From contig JBBRNJ010000005.1 of the NCBI GenBank assembly GCA_038230375.1, positions 1-64,000 on the forward strand: DNA of 64,000 nt. The letters run 5' to 3'. The notes beneath the pieces were generated by a model that saw only the letters and a program-made list of their open reading frames with translations, did no database searches and was not told the DNA's origin. Position numbers and translations under genes: made by a program. How positions within the stretch are numbered: position 1 is the first letter of the stretch; each line of letters begins with the position of its first letter. This document shows positions 20,748 to 30,042 of the stretch, piece by piece. The stretch is from Polyangiales bacterium. GTDB lineage: Bacteria > Myxococcota_A > Polyangia > Polyangiales > Polyangiaceae.

Positions 20748-21461
20748 ATGATGCATTCTACACCCATCCCGCCCGACGCCCTCGAAGGCGCGCACGCAGA
20801 GGAGGCTTCTTCAGATGAGGAGGCACTCGAAGCGCGTCGCGTGGGTCAGGGGGGGAGACCGCGCGAGCGCACGTGCGCGGCATGCGGTCAGAAGGCTCAT
20901 GGCAAGGATCTCCTGCGCGTGGTGATGGGGCCGTGGAACGGCACCTTCGCAGAGGTCGCGGTGGATTTTGCGAACGGGGCCATCGGCCGCGGCGCTCATA
21001 TCCACCCCACCGTCCAGTGCCTCAAGAAGGCCGTGGCCTCGGGGTTCAGCAAGAGTTTCAAGTCGAAGATCCAGGCAAACGCAGAGGAGCTCGCTCGCGA
21101 GATCGTCCTCGGCAGTGAGCGCGCGATCATCGGGCTCGTCACCTCTGCCGTCGCGCGTCGCCGCGTGGCTGTAGGCGCGGACGCGTCCAAGGAGTCAATG
21201 AAAGAGGGAGCACCGCTGCTCCTCGTTGCGAGCGACGCGGGCTCGATTGCATCGGAGTTTCACGCGTACGCGGATGAGGGACGGATTTCGGTCTTCGGGG
21301 ACAAGCAGGTCCTCGGCAAGTTGTGTGGGAAGTCCGAGGTCGCGGTCCTCGCGATCACGGACGAGAATATTGCGAGTGCCATCGTGCGAGCAACGACGAT
21401 GGCGGGGCCGTTTCGCGGCACCAGCGGGAGTGAAGCATGCATGTCTCCGGAGGTTCGATGA
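20748..21461 (+). CDS. YlxR (DUF448) fused to an L7Ae/YlxQ-like domain
   Basis: ERTCAAC..LLRV..GRGAHI..C, then an L7Ae-like part (VAVG..LLVASDA..LGKLCGK). Lies between nusA and infB. Confidence 0.85.
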   Translation: MMHSTPIPPDALEGAHAEEASSDEEALEARRVGQGGRPRERTCAACGQKAHGKDLLRVVMGPWNGTFAEVAVDFANGAIGRGAHIHPTVQCLKKAVASGFSKSFKSKIQANAEELAREIVLGSERAIIGLVTSAVARRRVAVGADASKESMKEGAPLLLVASDAGSIASEFHAYADEGRISVFGDKQVLGKLCGKSEVAVLAITDENIASAIVRATTMAGPFRGTSGSEACMSPEVR

Positions 21462-24337
21462 GCAAGGTGCGTGTCTACGAAGTCGCGAAGCAGCTGAACC
21501 TCGACCCAAAAGCGGTCGTGGCGCTGTTCCAGGCCGTGGGCGTGTCCGACGTGCGTAACCACATGAGCTCGGTCGAGCCCGAGCAAGTGGAGCGCGTGAA
21601 GCGGCACCTCGAGAAGGCGAAGACCCACGACGTGGTGGAAGAGCGTATCCACCGCGGAGTCGTGAAGCGTCGCGCGGTCGCCAAGCCCGGGGATGCCCCG
21701 GCAAGCGCTGCGTCCGCCCCCAGCCTGACGGACGTCGCGTCCAGTCGTGACATCGCGTCCCTCGTGAGCGAGCGGGCCTCCACGCCACGTCTCGAGGCGG
21801 ACGCGATCGCCAAGGATCGCGAGAGCACGAAGGCGTTCAACTACGTTCCGGACGAGCGCAAGAGCACGCGTGAGGTCGCACCGGTCGAAGTCCCGCTTGC
21901 GCCCAAGAGCGCGCCCAAGAGCGCTCCCGCAGAGCGTCGCAGCGCGAAGGCGCTCGATCGTCACTCCGAGCCCAAGCAGACCATCGCCGAGCCGGTCCAC
22001 GAGAAGCCCAGCGTGCGCGACGTCGCACCCGTGAGCGCCGTTCAGGCCGCGCCGAGCACACGCGAGGTTGCGCGCATCGCAACGCCGGAGCCCCCGGCAC
22101 CCGAGCCGCGCGCAGAGATGTCTGCGCCCGAGCCCGAGATCGCCCCCGTGGTTGCGTTCACGCCGCCCCCGGTGATCATGGCAGAGCCGCGCATCGCAAC
22201 GCCTGCACCAGAGGCAGCACTCGAGGAGCCCGCGCGCTCGAACGCGCCTCCGAAGACCGGCGTCGAGTACTGGACCGGACGCCCCGGCGTTCCGATGCCC
22301 ACGCCCGTGAACGCTCCCCGCAGCGGCATCGGCGGTGGCGCCACGAGCACGCTCGGTCGTCGTCAGGAGTACAACCCGCGCGCAGGCGTGGGCGCTGGCC
22401 CCGGCGCACGTCCCGGCATGCGTCCCGGAACGCAGGGAACGCGCGGCGGCCCCATGATGGGTCGCGGCGGTCCCGGCCAGCGCGGTCGCGGCATGATGGG
22501 CGGTCAGCCCATGGTGCGTCGTCCCGTGCAGTCCACGACGCAGGAGATGAGCGCGCACAAGAAGGTCATCCGCATCGAGGAGAACATCACGCTCTCCACG
22601 ATGGCGCAGAAGATGAGCCTCAAGTCGACCGAGCTCCTCATGAAGCTCCTCGGCATGGGCACCACCGGCGTGCACATCAACACCACGCTCGACGCGGACA
22701 CCGCGAAGATCCTCGCGTCCGAGTTCGGCTGGGAAGTCGAAGACGTCGCCGTCAGCGAAGAGGCGAGCATCGCCGCAGCGCGTGGCGAAGAGAGCGCACC
22801 CATCGGCGAAGAGGTCATCGTCGACCCCAACATGACCAAGCGGCCGCCGGTCGTCACGGTCATGGGTCACGTCGACCACGGCAAGACCAGCTTGCTCGAC
22901 CGCATCCGCAAGGCGAACGTTGCCTCCGGCGAAGCGGGCGGCATCACGCAGCACATCGGCGCCTACAAGGCGATGACGCCGCACGGCCCCATCGTCTTCC
23001 TGGACACGCCGGGTCACGAAGCGTTCACGCAGATGCGTGCGCGCGGCTCCAACGTCGCGGACGTCGTCGTCCTCGTCGTGGCCGCAGATGACGGCGTCAT
23101 GCCGCAGACCAAAGAGGCTGTTGCACACGCAAAGGCCGCAAAAACGCCCATCATCGTGGCGGTGAACAAGATCGACAAGCCGGGTGCAGAGCCCGAGCGC
23201 GTTCGTCGTGAGCTCGTCGAGCTGGGTCTCCAGCCCGAAGAGTGGGGCGGCGACACCATCTTCGTGAACGTGTCCGCGATCACGGGCGAGGGCGTCGATA
23301 CGCTCCTCGAGATGATCTCGCTCCAGTCCGACGTGCTCGACCTGAAGGTCAACCCGTCGAAGCCGGCGAGCGGCACCGTCCTCGAAGCTCTCCTTGATCG
23401 CGGTCGCGGCCCCGTGGCGCGCGTCCTCGTTCAAGAGGGCACGCTCCGCGTTGGTGACTTCGTTCTCGCAGGACAGGGCTTCGGCAAGGTCCGCGCGATG
23501 ACGAACGAGCACGGCAAGCAGATCCACGAGGCGCCGCCCGCGACGCCGGTCGAGATCCTCGGACTCTCCGACGTCCCGAACGCCGGCGACCCCATGCACG
23601 CCGTGAAGGATCCGAAGAAGGCCCAGGAGATCGCCGAGGGTCGCAAGGGCAAGATGGCGAAGAGCCTGATCCCGATGACCGCGAAGGTCTCGCTCGAGGA
23701 GCTCTCGAAGCGCATCTCGGACACGCAGCAAGAGCTGCGCATCATCGTCAAGGGCGACGTGCAAGGCTCGGTCGAGGCCGTCGCAGACGCACTCACCAAG
23801 CTCTCCGGCGACCGCGTCCGCCTCAGCGTCATCAACGCTGCGGTCGGCGCCATCACCGAAGGCGACGTCAACCTCGCCATCGCCTCCAAGGCGATCATCA
23901 TCGGCTTCAACGTGCGCCCGGCCGGCAAGGCCTCGCAGCTCGCGGAAGAGAACAAGGTCGAGATTCGTCCCTACTCGATCATCTACGCAGCGGTGGATGA
24001 CGTGAAGGGCGCCATGGAAGGTCTGCTTCCCGCCATCCTGGTCGAGAAGGCGCTCGGCAAGGCGGAGGTCCGCGCGGTGTTCAAGATCCGCGGCGTCGCA
24101 GTCGCCGGCTCCATGGTCACCGAAGGCATGATCAAGCGCGGCACCCATGCTCGCGTCATCCGCGAGGGCGCTGTCGTCTTCGAGGGCAAGCTGTCCAACC
24201 TGAAGCGCTTCAAGGACGACGCGAAGGACGTCGCAGAGGGCTTCGAGTGCGGTATCAGCATCGAGGGCTACAACGACTTCAAGGAGCTCGACATCATCTC
24301 GTGCTTCGAGATCGACGAAGTCAAGCAGCGGCTGTGA
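21458..24337 (+). CDS. infB: Translation initiation factor IF-2
   Basis: [34 protein letters not shown]. Confidence 0.98.
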   Translation: MSKVRVYEVAKQLNLDPKAVVALFQAVGVSDVRNHMSSVEPEQVERVKRHLEKAKTHDVVEERIHRGVVKRRAVAKPGDAPASAASAPSLTDVASSRDIASLVSERASTPRLEADAIAKDRESTKAFNYVPDERKSTREVAPVEVPLAPKSAPKSAPAERRSAKALDRHSEPKQTIAEPVHEKPSVRDVAPVSAVQAAPSTREVARIATPEPPAPEPRAEMSAPEPEIAPVVAFTPPPVIMAEPRIATPAPEAALEEPARSNAPPKTGVEYWTGRPGVPMPTPVNAPRSGIGGGATSTLGRRQEYNPRAGVGAGPGARPGMRPGTQGTRGGPMMGRGGPGQRGRGMMGGQPMVRRPVQSTTQEMSAHKKVIRIEENITLSTMAQKMSLKSTELLMKLLGMGTTGVHINTTLDADTAKILASEFGWEVEDVAVSEEASIAAARGEESAPIGEEVIVDPNMTKRPPVVTVMGHVDHGKTSLLDRIRKANVASGEAGGITQHIGAYKAMTPHGPIVFLDTPGHEAFTQMRARGSNVADVVVLVVAADDGVMPQTKEAVAHAKAAKTPIIVAVNKIDKPGAEPERVRRELVELGLQPEEWGGDTIFVNVSAITGEGVDTLLEMISLQSDVLDLKVNPSKPASGTVLEALLDRGRGPVARVLVQEGTLRVGDFVLAGQGFGKVRAMTNEHGKQIHEAPPATPVEILGLSDVPNAGDPMHAVKDPKKAQEIAEGRKGKMAKSLIPMTAKVSLEELSKRISDTQQELRIIVKGDVQGSVEAVADALTKLSGDRVRLSVINAAVGAITEGDVNLAIASKAIIIGFNVRPAGKASQLAEENKVEIRPYSIIYAAVDDVKGAMEGLLPAILVEKALGKAEVRAVFKIRGVAVAGSMVTEGMIKRGTHARVIREGAVVFEGKLSNLKRFKDDAKDVAEGFECGISIEGYNDFKELDIISCFEIDEVKQRL

Positions 24338-24338
24338 C

Positions 24339-25517
24339 GTGCGTTCCCGCGTCCTCTTCGCGGTCGTCTCCTCTTTCATCGTGACGGTTGGCTGCAGCAG
24401 CAGCCTGCCGAACGATGGGAGTTTGACCAAGGTCCTGACGCCGCACGAGGGCGCGGACGAGATCGTCGCCGACAACCACGACGGCCTCTACATGACGTTC
24501 GCCGCCAAGAGCGGCTTGAATGGCCTCTCGCATTTCGACGGTAGCAAGTGGACCGACGTCAGCACGGACGGCCTCACGGTTGCCTGGAGGTACCTCGCGG
24601 TGGGTCCGGACGATGCGCTCTACGTGATCGCGCAACCCATCCTGGGCGCAATGCCACCGCCTGCGGTCCTGATGCGGCTTCCACCCAACGGGACGAAGTG
24701 GGAGACCTTCACGCCGTCGCTCTCCGTTCAGGGCAGGCCGCGCGCCGCCAGCGACGGGACGCTGTACGTGCTGGCGGGCGGCCACATCTTCTTCCGCGGG
24801 CCAGGAGAGGCCGCGTGGACCGACGCCATGCCCACCGCAAAGAATGGACTCCCGATCGACGCGGAGGTCACGCAGATCGTGCCGGACCAGCAGGGCAACG
24901 TCTGGGCGTTTGCTGGTCAGTCGGCCGTCCCATCCAAGGTCGGCTATCTGAAGATTCATCGCGACACGCTGCAGGGATATCCCGACCCGTTCGCAAACCT
25001 CACCGACAGCATCCATGCGATGACGCACTTCATCGACGCTGGCGGAACGCATCACGCCTTCTCCAACGGCCAGGTGCAGCACAAGGGGCCGGTCTACACC
25101 TGGCAGCCGCCGACCGCGGCGGCGGTGACAACGACGAGCGCAGCACCGCCCGAGGTCTCGGACGGCTCGTGCAACGCGCCGCTCCAGAACTCCGTGAGCA
25201 CCTGCGAGGGCCCGCTCGCGGGCAGCAGCGGCTTCACCGAGCAGCTCATCGTAGTGGGCGACACCGTCTTTCAGACGTGGCGCGACGGCACCGTCGAGGG
25301 CGAGCCCAGTTTGCTCAAGTTCCGCGCAGGCGCCAACCAGTGGGAGTACGTTCGTACCCTTGGCGCGGTGGATGACAACGGCGGCATCCGGTTCATGGTC
25401 ACGACGGGCGGTACGGTCTACGTGAAGAGCGTGTTCTTCAACGGCCAGTACAACCCCGACACCCAGATCGGCACGACCGGCACGTTCCTCCAGTCGTTCT
25501 ATCGCCTAGACTACTGA
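24339..25517 (+). CDS. Hypothetical lipoprotein, possibly beta-propeller
   Basis: Lipobox TVGC and repeated beta-rich blocks (GPDDALYV, DGTLYV, QGNVW). Confidence 0.7.
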   Translation: MRSRVLFAVVSSFIVTVGCSSSLPNDGSLTKVLTPHEGADEIVADNHDGLYMTFAAKSGLNGLSHFDGSKWTDVSTDGLTVAWRYLAVGPDDALYVIAQPILGAMPPPAVLMRLPPNGTKWETFTPSLSVQGRPRAASDGTLYVLAGGHIFFRGPGEAAWTDAMPTAKNGLPIDAEVTQIVPDQQGNVWAFAGQSAVPSKVGYLKIHRDTLQGYPDPFANLTDSIHAMTHFIDAGGTHHAFSNGQVQHKGPVYTWQPPTAAAVTTTSAAPPEVSDGSCNAPLQNSVSTCEGPLAGSSGFTEQLIVVGDTVFQTWRDGTVEGEPSLLKFRAGANQWEYVRTLGAVDDNGGIRFMVTTGGTVYVKSVFFNGQYNPDTQIGTTGTFLQSFYRLDY

Positions 25518-25527
25518 CGGTCACACG

Positions 25528-26181
25528 TCACAAGCAGGGGCTGTACGCCACCTGCCAGCTGCCGTGGTCGCACGTCATGATGTCGTGCTTGTTGCTGCAG
25601 CTCGGACCATAGTTGCATATTGCACCGATTGGCCCGGTGCAGCTGGTGCCCAGGAGTGGGCGCTGCGCGGGGCAGCCCGCGCCGGGATTCGGGCTGTTGC
25701 AGGACCATGCGAAGCCACCGTCGCCATTCGACAAGCAATCACAGCGGCCGTCGATGTATCCGCACGTCGTGGGCTGCGTGCACGCCCCGCCGGCAATGAT
25801 GAGAGCGCGCATCGCGGGGCACATCTGCGGCTGCAAGCACTGGTCGAGGCCAGCGGAGGTCCAAACGCCCGCGTCCGACATGTTGTCGACCGCCCCCTTG
25901 CACTCGTAGACGAGCTTCCCGCATGCGAAGCCGTTGCCCTGCTGCGAGACGTAAAGGTTCGTGCCCCGCACGTACTCGCAGTCGGCGTTGAACGTGGTGC
26001 AAGGGCGCGTCATGGCGCCCATGAGTCCGTTCACCTCTTCGTAGGTAGGGCACGAGACGACAGCGCCCCCGCTCCCCGAGCCATCCCCACCCGAGCCACC
26101 ACTGCTACTGCTCGAGCACGCCAAGACACCGCCGACAAACGCGGTCACAGCGCCAAGCACCATCCAGACCTTCAAGCTCAT
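25528..26181 (-). CDS. Cys-rich lipoprotein
   Basis: Lipobox VLAC, Ser/Gly linker and about 19 Cys. Confidence 0.75.
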   Translation of the reverse strand: MSLKVWMVLGAVTAFVGGVLACSSSSSGGSGGDGSGSGGAVVSCPTYEEVNGLMGAMTRPCTTFNADCEYVRGTNLYVSQQGNGFACGKLVYECKGAVDNMSDAGVWTSAGLDQCLQPQMCPAMRALIIAGGACTQPTTCGYIDGRCDCLSNGDGGFAWSCNSPNPGAGCPAQRPLLGTSCTGPIGAICNYGPSCSNKHDIMTCDHGSWQVAYSPCL

Positions 26182-26195
26182 CCGCCAAGTCTATG

Positions 26196-26311
26196 TTGAA
26201 GTCGAGGTCGAAGTCGAAGTCGTGAGGTCGAAGGCGAAGTCGAGGTCGAGGTCGAGGTCGAGGTCCACGTCGAGGTCGAGGTCCACGTCGCGGTCGCGGT
26301 CGCGGTCGACG
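26196..26311. repeat. Degenerate hexamer tandem repeat (GTCGAG/GTCGAA/GTCCAC/GTCGCG)
   Basis: Directly visible, about 19 units, intergenic. Confidence 0.9.
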
Positions 26312-26341
26312 TGGGGCTCCCTCGCGACCTCCGTTTCCTGG

Positions 26342-26426
26342 AGTACACCTTCCGGGTGTACTTTTGGCGGGAAATCCCGTCGTTTGCCCCGTTTTTTTCA
26401 ATTGGCGTTCACCTCGTAGGTGTACG
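26342..26426. repeat. Two copies of the palindrome GTACACC-N5-GGTGTAC, 64 bp apart
   Basis: AGTACACCttccgGGTGTACT (26342-26362) and CGTTCACCtcgtaGGTGTACG (26406-26426). Confidence 0.8.
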
Positions 26427-26477
26427 TCTCGTGGGGCGCTTTTCGCAGGGGCACACCTGCCTGGCGGCGGGGCGACG

Positions 26478-27119
26478 CTATCGTTCGCTCGTGGCCGCGA
26501 TCCACGCGGCGTGCGCGCCCACCAGGCGTAGGGCGCGGGTGAGCAGTGTCTTGCCGGGCTCGATGCGGTGCCATGGAGACGCGCCGCTCGGGTGGGGCAG
26601 GGGGATCACGTCCACGTTGCGCCCGTGATAGGTCGCGTGGAACTGCTTCCCGACCAGCTCGTCGAGCTTCTTCTTCTTGCTCGCGTCGCCGAGCACCTCC
26701 GAGATGGCAAGCTGGCCAACGCAGAGGACCAGGTCTGGCTCGATCGCCAGAACCTCGCGCGCGAGGAACGGCTTGCAGCGTGCGATCTCCTCCGGGTCGG
26801 GCTTCCGATCGCCCCCGCCCTTCGCTTTTCCAGGGAAGCACCGCGCAACGGCCGCCATGTAGACGCGGTCGCGGAACTGCGGCTCCGTCACGCCCAGGCT
26901 CTCCTCGAACCAGCGGAACAGCGTCTTTCCAGCGGTCCACGCGAAGGGCCGCATCAGCTTGCCTTCGTGCGGTCCGGGCGCCTGTCCCAGCAAGAACACG
27001 CCGGAGAGCACCGGCGGTCCATGCACCACGGGTCCGTGCATCTTCTTGCAGGCCGTGCATGCGTCCAGGTCTGCATGTACCTCTCGCAGGATCCGGAGGC
27101 GAACGGCGGTGGCTCCCAC
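26478..27119 (-). CDS. Uracil-DNA glycosylase superfamily protein (Fe-S type)
   Basis: CxxC, GQAPG, RCFP, HPSG. Confidence 0.88.
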   Translation of the reverse strand: MGATAVRLRILREVHADLDACTACKKMHGPVVHGPPVLSGVFLLGQAPGPHEGKLMRPFAWTAGKTLFRWFEESLGVTEPQFRDRVYMAAVARCFPGKAKGGGDRKPDPEEIARCKPFLAREVLAIEPDLVLCVGQLAISEVLGDASKKKKLDELVGKQFHATYHGRNVDVIPLPHPSGASPWHRIEPGKTLLTRALRLVGAHAAWIAATSER

Positions 27120-27201
27120 GGGCGGGGATTCTACTGCGGGACGTGGGCTACGTCGGAAAATGGGTGTGATCGGTCGAGCTTTGCTAAGAATCGCCTTTCG
27201 A

Positions 27202-27609
27202 ATGAGCGATCAGAAGGTCTCCGACAAGAAGCGCGCGACGCGCGTGGCCGGCCGCATCCAGCAGGAGCTCTCCGCCGCGCTCATGGAGGTGGTGAAGGAT
27301 CCGGGCGTGCGCTCCGTGATCGTCTCGCTCGTGCGCCTCTCCGACGACCTTCGCCATGCGAACGTCTACGTGCGGCTGGTCGCCGGCGGTGACGACGCAA
27401 AAGAGCGCAAGAAGGCGCTCGCTGGCCTCACGCGCGCAACGGGCGTGCTTCGTCGCGAGGTGACCGAGCGCGCCGGCCTGCGCTTCGCACCGGAGCTGAA
27501 GTTCTTCTATGACGAGGGCCAGGACGCGCGCACACGGATTGACGAGCTGCTCGCAGAGGTAGACAAGGAGCGCAAGGGCAAGGGCGGCGCGCCTCGAGTG
27601 AAGAAGTGA
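27202..27609 (+). CDS. rbfA: Ribosome-binding factor A
   Basis: KDP..VRLSDDLRHANVYV, LRFAPELKFFYD. Confidence 0.95.
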   Translation: MSDQKVSDKKRATRVAGRIQQELSAALMEVVKDPGVRSVIVSLVRLSDDLRHANVYVRLVAGGDDAKERKKALAGLTRATGVLRREVTERAGLRFAPELKFFYDEGQDARTRIDELLAEVDKERKGKGGAPRVKK

Positions 27610-30008
27610 GCGCGCGTCTTCGCACCATCTCTGTCTTCTACGTGCTGTCCGGCGCACTCGGCCTCATCTACGAGGTCGCGTTCTCCAAGTACCTCGGGTA
27701 CGCGTTCGGTGCCACGGCCTATGCCTCCAGCGCGGTCCTGGTCGCCTTCATGGGCGGTCTCGCTCTCGGTGCCTTCACGGCTGGGAAATTCGAGCGCCGT
27801 GTGAAGCGCCCGCTCCTGGTGTACGGCATCGCGGAGACAGTCATTGGCGTCTTTTGCTTCGTATCCCCAGCCATCTTCACGTGGGTGACGGGCAAATATG
27901 TGCATCTTGCATCTACTTTTCCGGACTCCCTTGCCACACTGACGGCCGCGCGCGCGATGTTCGCGGTGCTCGTCGTGCTGGTGCCCGCCGCGGGCATGGG
28001 CACCACGCTGCCGCTGCTCGCGCGCTTCGTGGAGGCGGAGGATCCGGAGAACGGGCGCCGTCGCCTGGCCGCGCTGTACGGCATCAACACCGCTGGTGGC
28101 GCTGCTGGTTCATTGCTGTCGTCGTACCTCGTGCTTCCGTCGCTTGGTCTCGGGATGGCGATGCGTTCGTCCGCGCTCATCAGCCTCAGCATCGGCATTC
28201 TCGCGATGGGCATGGGGTTGACGAAGGGGGAGGCGAAGAAGGTCGAGGGGGAGGCGAAGGGGGAGGGGGAGGCGAAGGCGAAGGCGTTCGAGTGGAAGCC
28301 CAACGTTGACGAGAGTCGTGGATTTCGCACGGCGCTGATGTTGTCGGCGATGAGCGGGTTGCTCGTCTTCGGGTGCGAGGTCGTGTTCACGCATCTGCTC
28401 GCGCTCGTCATCGGGACCAGCGTCTATGCGTTTGGCTTGATGCTCGCGATTTTTCTCGTGTGCCTCAGCCTGGGGACGCCGCTGTCCAGCCGGCTCGAGC
28501 AACGCTACAAGGAGGGCGCTCTGCCGCTCAGTCTTGCGGCCACGGGCATTGCGCTCTCGCTGTCGCTCCTGGTCTGGGACAAGCTGCCGTCGATCTTCAT
28601 CGCGCTGGGGCCTCACGTGAAGTCGTGGCCCGCGCGTGAGACGGTGCGCGGGTTGGCTGCGTTCTTCGCCTTGTTTTTCCCTGCAACGCTGATGGGCACC
28701 ACGTTCCCGCTGGTGCTGCGCCGGGCCCGCAAGAACCGCGTGGGCGCCGACGTGGGGATGATCACGGCGGCCAACACGGTGGGGTCCATCGTTGGCTCGC
28801 TGGTCTTCGGCTTCCTGGTCCTGCCCATGCTCGGCTCGCAGCGCAGCGTCATTGCCGTTGCGCTCGCGTATGCGCTCGCATCGGTGCTCGCGTCGCGCAC
28901 GCATGCCGCGCGGCTGGCCAAGGTGTCCACGCGTCGTGCGCAGGTGTGGGGAGCCGTGGCGCTCGTGGTCGCGCTCCTCGTGCCCAGATGGGACCTGGCG
29001 CGGCTGACCAGTGGTGCCAACGTCTACTTCGACGTGGGCGTGGTGCCCGACGGCGAGATCGAGAAGCTGCACGAAGACATCCACGGCGGCGTCACCACCG
29101 TCGTGCGCGATCGCGACGGTCAGCACACCATGCTGACGAACGGGAAATTCCAAGGAAACGACAGCGAGGAGGTCCAGGACAACCGCGGCTTCGCGTACCT
29201 GCCCGCGCTCTTCGCGAAGAAGAAGGACAACGCGCTGGTGATCGGTCTGGGCACTGGCACCACCACTGGCGCCGTGGCTGCGTTCGGCTTCAAGTCGGTA
29301 GATGTCGCGGAGCTCTCACCAGCCATCACCGACTACGCGGGCACCACCTTCAAGAAGGTGAACCGCAACGTGCTCGGCGACCCGCGCGTCCACGTCCTGT
29401 TCGAGGACGGCCGCAACGTGCTCCTCCTCGGCCAGAAGCAGTACGACCTGATCACCATCGAGGTCACGAGCATCTGGTTCGCCGGCGCCGCCAACCTCTA
29501 CAACCGAGAGTTCTACAGCCTGGCGAACGCGCGCCTCGCGGACGGCGGCTATCTGCAGCAATGGCTGCAGCTGCACCACACCAATCGCCGCACGGTCGCC
29601 ACCATCATCGCCACCATGCGCGAGGCCTTCCCGCACATGGCGCTCTTCGTCACTGGCCACCAGGGTCACATGATCGGGAGCCGCTCGCCCCTCACCGCCA
29701 CGCGCGTGGGCCTCAAGGCTCTCGGCGAAGATCCCAACGTCTCCCAGATCCTTGGCGACGAGCACCTGGTCGACTACGTGAAGGGAATCGTCCTGGACGA
29801 GTCCGGCATCGACAAGTTCCTGGCCGACACCGCTGACGACATGGGCCTCGCGAAGGAGGACTTCATCTCCACGGACGACAACCTCCTCCTGGAGTACCGA
29901 ACCCCAAGAGGAAACGTCCCAGGCGCAGACGACATCCCGCAAACGATGGCCTACCTACAGAGCTACCGCCAGCGAGACATCCTCTTCTCTCACCTCAGCA
30001 TCAAGTAG
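27606..30008 (+). CDS. Fused MFS-like membrane / spermidine synthase-like methyltransferase
   Basis: SG..GLIYEV, many TM segments, NGKFQG, IGLGTG, EDGR. Confidence 0.9.
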   Translation: MSARLRTISVFYVLSGALGLIYEVAFSKYLGYAFGATAYASSAVLVAFMGGLALGAFTAGKFERRVKRPLLVYGIAETVIGVFCFVSPAIFTWVTGKYVHLASTFPDSLATLTAARAMFAVLVVLVPAAGMGTTLPLLARFVEAEDPENGRRRLAALYGINTAGGAAGSLLSSYLVLPSLGLGMAMRSSALISLSIGILAMGMGLTKGEAKKVEGEAKGEGEAKAKAFEWKPNVDESRGFRTALMLSAMSGLLVFGCEVVFTHLLALVIGTSVYAFGLMLAIFLVCLSLGTPLSSRLEQRYKEGALPLSLAATGIALSLSLLVWDKLPSIFIALGPHVKSWPARETVRGLAAFFALFFPATLMGTTFPLVLRRARKNRVGADVGMITAANTVGSIVGSLVFGFLVLPMLGSQRSVIAVALAYALASVLASRTHAARLAKVSTRRAQVWGAVALVVALLVPRWDLARLTSGANVYFDVGVVPDGEIEKLHEDIHGGVTTVVRDRDGQHTMLTNGKFQGNDSEEVQDNRGFAYLPALFAKKKDNALVIGLGTGTTTGAVAAFGFKSVDVAELSPAITDYAGTTFKKVNRNVLGDPRVHVLFEDGRNVLLLGQKQYDLITIEVTSIWFAGAANLYNREFYSLANARLADGGYLQQWLQLHHTNRRTVATIIATMREAFPHMALFVTGHQGHMIGSRSPLTATRVGLKALGEDPNVSQILGDEHLVDYVKGIVLDESGIDKFLADTADDMGLAKEDFISTDDNLLLEYRTPRGNVPGADDIPQTMAYLQSYRQRDILFSHLSIK

Positions 30009-30037
30009 CCATTGGCAAGTAGCCATTGGCAAGTAGC
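30002..30037. repeat. 14-bp tandem repeat CAAGTAGCCATTGG (about 2.5 copies)
   Basis: Directly visible across the stop codon, between convergent genes. Confidence 0.85.
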
Positions 30038-30042
30038 AGCCG

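Noticed and set aside
21260..24475. Long antisense ORFs (also 30664-32052, 50351-51760, 61175-63217 and others)
   Set aside because: Stop-poor mirror frames of high-GC genes with no recognisable motifs.
26222..26419. Ser/Arg-rich small ORF over the hexamer tract
   Set aside because: It is the translation of a simple repeat with no initiation signal, and other frames give equally repetitive peptides.
26342..26426. Twin palindromes as a mini-CRISPR
   Set aside because: Only two imperfect ~20-bp copies and no cas genes.
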